A stretch of 64,000 nucleotides of DNA from an uncultured Planctomycetaceae bacterium (lineage in GTDB: Bacteria > Planctomycetota > Planctomycetia > Isosphaerales > Isosphaeraceae): NCBI GenBank assembly GCA_963833985.1, contig CAWIAD010000002.1, positions 4,192,001-4,256,000 on the forward strand, written 5' to 3'. How positions within the stretch are numbered: position 1 is the stretch's first letter; every line of letters begins with the position of its first letter. The notes below the pieces were generated by a model. That model was not told the DNA's origin, made no database searches, and was given only the letters and a program-made list of their open reading frames with translations. Shown here one piece after another: positions 61,288 to 64,000 of this stretch. The position numbers and the translations under genes were made by a program.

Positions 61288-62923
61288 ATGGCTGGATCGA
61301 ACGGGCATCAGATCACAACGGCGCAGGTTCCCACGCAGGACAGGGGGCGTTTTCTGCCCGCGAGCCGTAATGGCCGCAAGGCGGGCGGCGAGCCGAGCCA
61401 GCCGTCCGATTTCGAGATCGTTTCCGACCCCGGGGGGACCCGGCTCGCCGGAGAGGTTCCCAGGGATCCACCCCGGCCGAGCTTCTGGCGACGGAATCGA
61501 AAGTGGTTCATCCTGGCGGCACTGGCGGCGCTGATCACCTGGGCCGTGATCCGCTTCGGCGTGCCGCGGATTCGCGAGGCTCTGAACACGGTTTCCACTG
61601 ATGATGCGTTCGTCGCCGGGCACGTGACCTACGTCAGCCCGCGGATCGACGACGTCGTGGTGGAGGTGCTCGTCGATCAGAACGACCGTGTCGAGCCAGG
61701 AGACCTGCTGGTGCGGCTGGACCGCCAGCCGTTTGAGCTTGCCGTCCAGCAGGCCGAGGCCGCGGTGGAGGAGGCCCGCTCGAACCTGGCGCTCTCCCGC
61801 GCGGGCGTTCAGGCGCAGCTTGCCCAGGCGCGCGGCAACTGGTTCCGCAGGAAGAACGCGCAGGAGCGCATCCGCCAGCAGCTTGCCACGCTCCGGTCGG
61901 ATGTCGCCGCCTTGCGGGCACGCCAATCCAGCCTCAAGCTGGCCGAGCTTGATCAGCAGCGCATCGCCAACCTGGCGGCCAGGGGGTCGGCCAGCCAATC
62001 CGAGCTTGACCAGAGGAATGACCGGCTGGAGGAGGCGCGCCAGGGCGTGAAGGAAGCCTGGGCGGAGATCCAGCAAACCCGGGCGGCCCTGGGGCTGGAG
62101 CCGAACACGGACAACCCGCTGGAGGTCCCACGTGACCTGGAGCAGCAGCAATCGACCGTGCAGCAGGCCGTCTCGGAGGTCTCGAGCGTGCTGGCCCAGG
62201 TGGGGATCCCCTTTGACCTCAGCCAGTTGTCCCCGGAAGAAGCCTTCCAGAAGATCCTCCATCTCGACTCCAGCCAGGGCATTCACGAAGCCTTCGGGGA
62301 CCTGGTGGAAAAGGCGCCCGCGGTCCGAGTGGCGCGTGCCGGCCTGGCTCGAGCCGAGCGCGAGCTCGACAACGCGCGGCTGCGGCTCAGCTACACCGAG
62401 ATTCGCTCGGAGATCGGCGGCTATGTCCAGGATCGCTCCGTTCATCCGGGGAACCGGGTCGCGCCGGGCCAGTCCTTGCTCTCGATCCGTCCCCACCATG
62501 TCTGGATCGAGGCCAACTACAAGGAAACCCAGATCCACGACATCCGCATCGGTCATCCGGTGGACATCCACGTTGATGCCTATCCCGGAAAAGTCTTCCG
62601 GGGCCGGGTGTCGGGGTTCAGCCCCGGGACGGGGCTGTCCGAGTCGCTGCTGCCGCCGGAAAACGCCACGGGCAATTACGTGAAGGTCACCCAGCGGCTG
62701 CCGGTGCGCATCGAGCTGGTCGATCCGAATCCCACCGACACGCCGCTCTTCGTCGGGCTTTCCGTGGTTCCAGAGGTCCGGTTCAAGGAGCGGACCACTG
62801 GCCCGGGCGCAGGTCGAGCGCCTGCATGTCCCTTCCATTGCCGCCCCTCCCGACACGGCCATCGGTCCGGCCGGCCGCAACCCGGTCAACCGGCCTCAGG
62901 CCCTGGGGAGCGACGGCTCATGA
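61288..62923 (+). CDS. EmrA/HlyD-family periplasmic adaptor (frameshift near 62815)
   Basis: STDDAFV, YTEIRS, WIEANYKETQ, LLPPENATGNYVKVTQRLPVRI; the shifted frame ends ...SDGS* in an ATGA overlap with the next gene. Confidence 0.88.
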
Positions 62924-64000
62924 CCCGCTCCGCGCCGACCCAGCGCGCTGCGGCCCACCAGCCGCGATCGCTGGATCGGGCTGCTCCTCCCCGGGTCAAT
63001 CCCTGGATCGTCGCCATCACGGTCACCCTGGCCACGTTCATGGAGGTGCTCGACACCTCGATCGCGAACGTCGCCTTGCCGCACATTGCCGGCTCGCTCT
63101 CCGCGGGCCGCAGCCAGAGCACCTGGGTGCTCACCAGCTACCTGGTGGCCAACGCGATCGTCCTGCCGATCTCGGGCTGGCTGATCGGCATGTTCGGCCG
63201 CAAACGCTTCTACATGACCTGCGTGGCGCTTTTCACCATCAGTTCGGCCCTTTGCGGCGCAGCACCGAGCCTGGAACTGCTGATCTTCTTCCGCATCCTT
63301 CAAGGCGCAGGCGGTGGCGGGCTGCAACCGTCGGAGCAGGGAATCCTGGTGGACACCTTTCCGCTCCAGCAGCGCGGCATGGCGATGGCAATCTACGGCG
63401 TGGCCGTCGTCGTGGCACCGATCCTGGGCCCGACCGTCGGCGGCTGGATCACCGATAACTACTCGTGGCGCTGGATCTTTTACATCAATGTTCCGATCGG
63501 CATCCTCTCGCTGTTCCTGACCAGTATGATCGTCCACGATCCGCCCCAGATGACCGAGGAGATCGCCCGGAATCGCCGCAAGGGCTGGAACATCGACTAC
63601 GTGGGCCTGTCGCTGGCAGCCCTCGGGTTCGGCTCCCTGGAGGTCGTTTACGCCAAGGGCCAGGAATGGGACTGGCTGGGCGACCCCTTCTACCGCGCAG
63701 GCTTTCCTGGCGATGACGTTGATTGGACTGGCGTGCCTGGTGATCTGGGAGCTGCGCCATCCCGACCCGATTCTCAATCTGCGCCTGCTGGGCGAGCGCA
63801 ATTTCGCCGTTTGCGGACTGCTCATGTACCTTTCCTTCGCGGCACTGTACGGCAGTAATGTGAACCTGCCCCAGATGCTCCAGGAGCTCTTCGGTTACGA
63901 TGCCACGCGTGCGGGGCTGATCATGTCGCCCGCGGCGTTCTTCACCATGGCCGCCATGCCCGTGGTCGGGTTCATGCTGGGCAAGGGAGTGGATGCCCGT
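62920..64000 (+). CDS. DHA2/EmrB-family MFS efflux permease (partial; frameshift near 63697)
   Basis: LATFMEVLDTSIANVALPHI, WVLTSYLVANAIV, FGRKRF, FRILQGAGGG, APILGPTVGGWITD..SWRWIFYINVP; runs off the window end. Confidence 0.92.

Noticed and set aside
61288..63858. Apparent 856-aa EmrA-EmrB fusion
   Set aside because: A +1 shift near 62815 restores a natural EmrA end with TGA at 62921-62923 overlapping the EmrB ATG at 62920, so the fusion is likely an indel artefact

Overview
High-GC bacterial DNA, most likely from a planctomycete of the Isosphaeraceae. This is inferred from LEPR-XLL/'ERALLS' secretion motifs, a lepA-lepB-lepB-lptB block with Zn-ribbon signal peptidases, and carboxypeptidase-regulatory-repeat proteins. 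About 42 protein genes are recognisable. Housekeeping genes include kdsA, lepA, two lepB, lptB, csrA, trxB and a PhoB/PhoR-like pair. Transport loci include a paired ABC exporter, an APC-USP permease, a divergent Cus-type Cu/Ag RND locus and a TolC-EmrA-EmrB pump. About 17 small frameshifts break otherwise intact genes, including lptB, so they are probably long-read consensus errors, and I reconstructed genes across them. Most notable: (1) a ~1450-aa single-chain TIR-CHAT(caspase-like)-STAND NTPase-TPR protein with a mosaic 10 x 120-bp TPR array and a His-to-Arg change at the protease catalytic site; (2) a P1B-type ATPase apparently fused to an HflK/SPFH domain, followed by hflC- and hflK-like genes; (3) a Cys-rich exported leader ORF and a Met/Gly-rich protein in the Cus locus; (4) three families of REP-like palindromes. 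I saw no rRNA, tRNA, CRISPR array, transposase or phage genes. All assignments come from motif reading without database searches.
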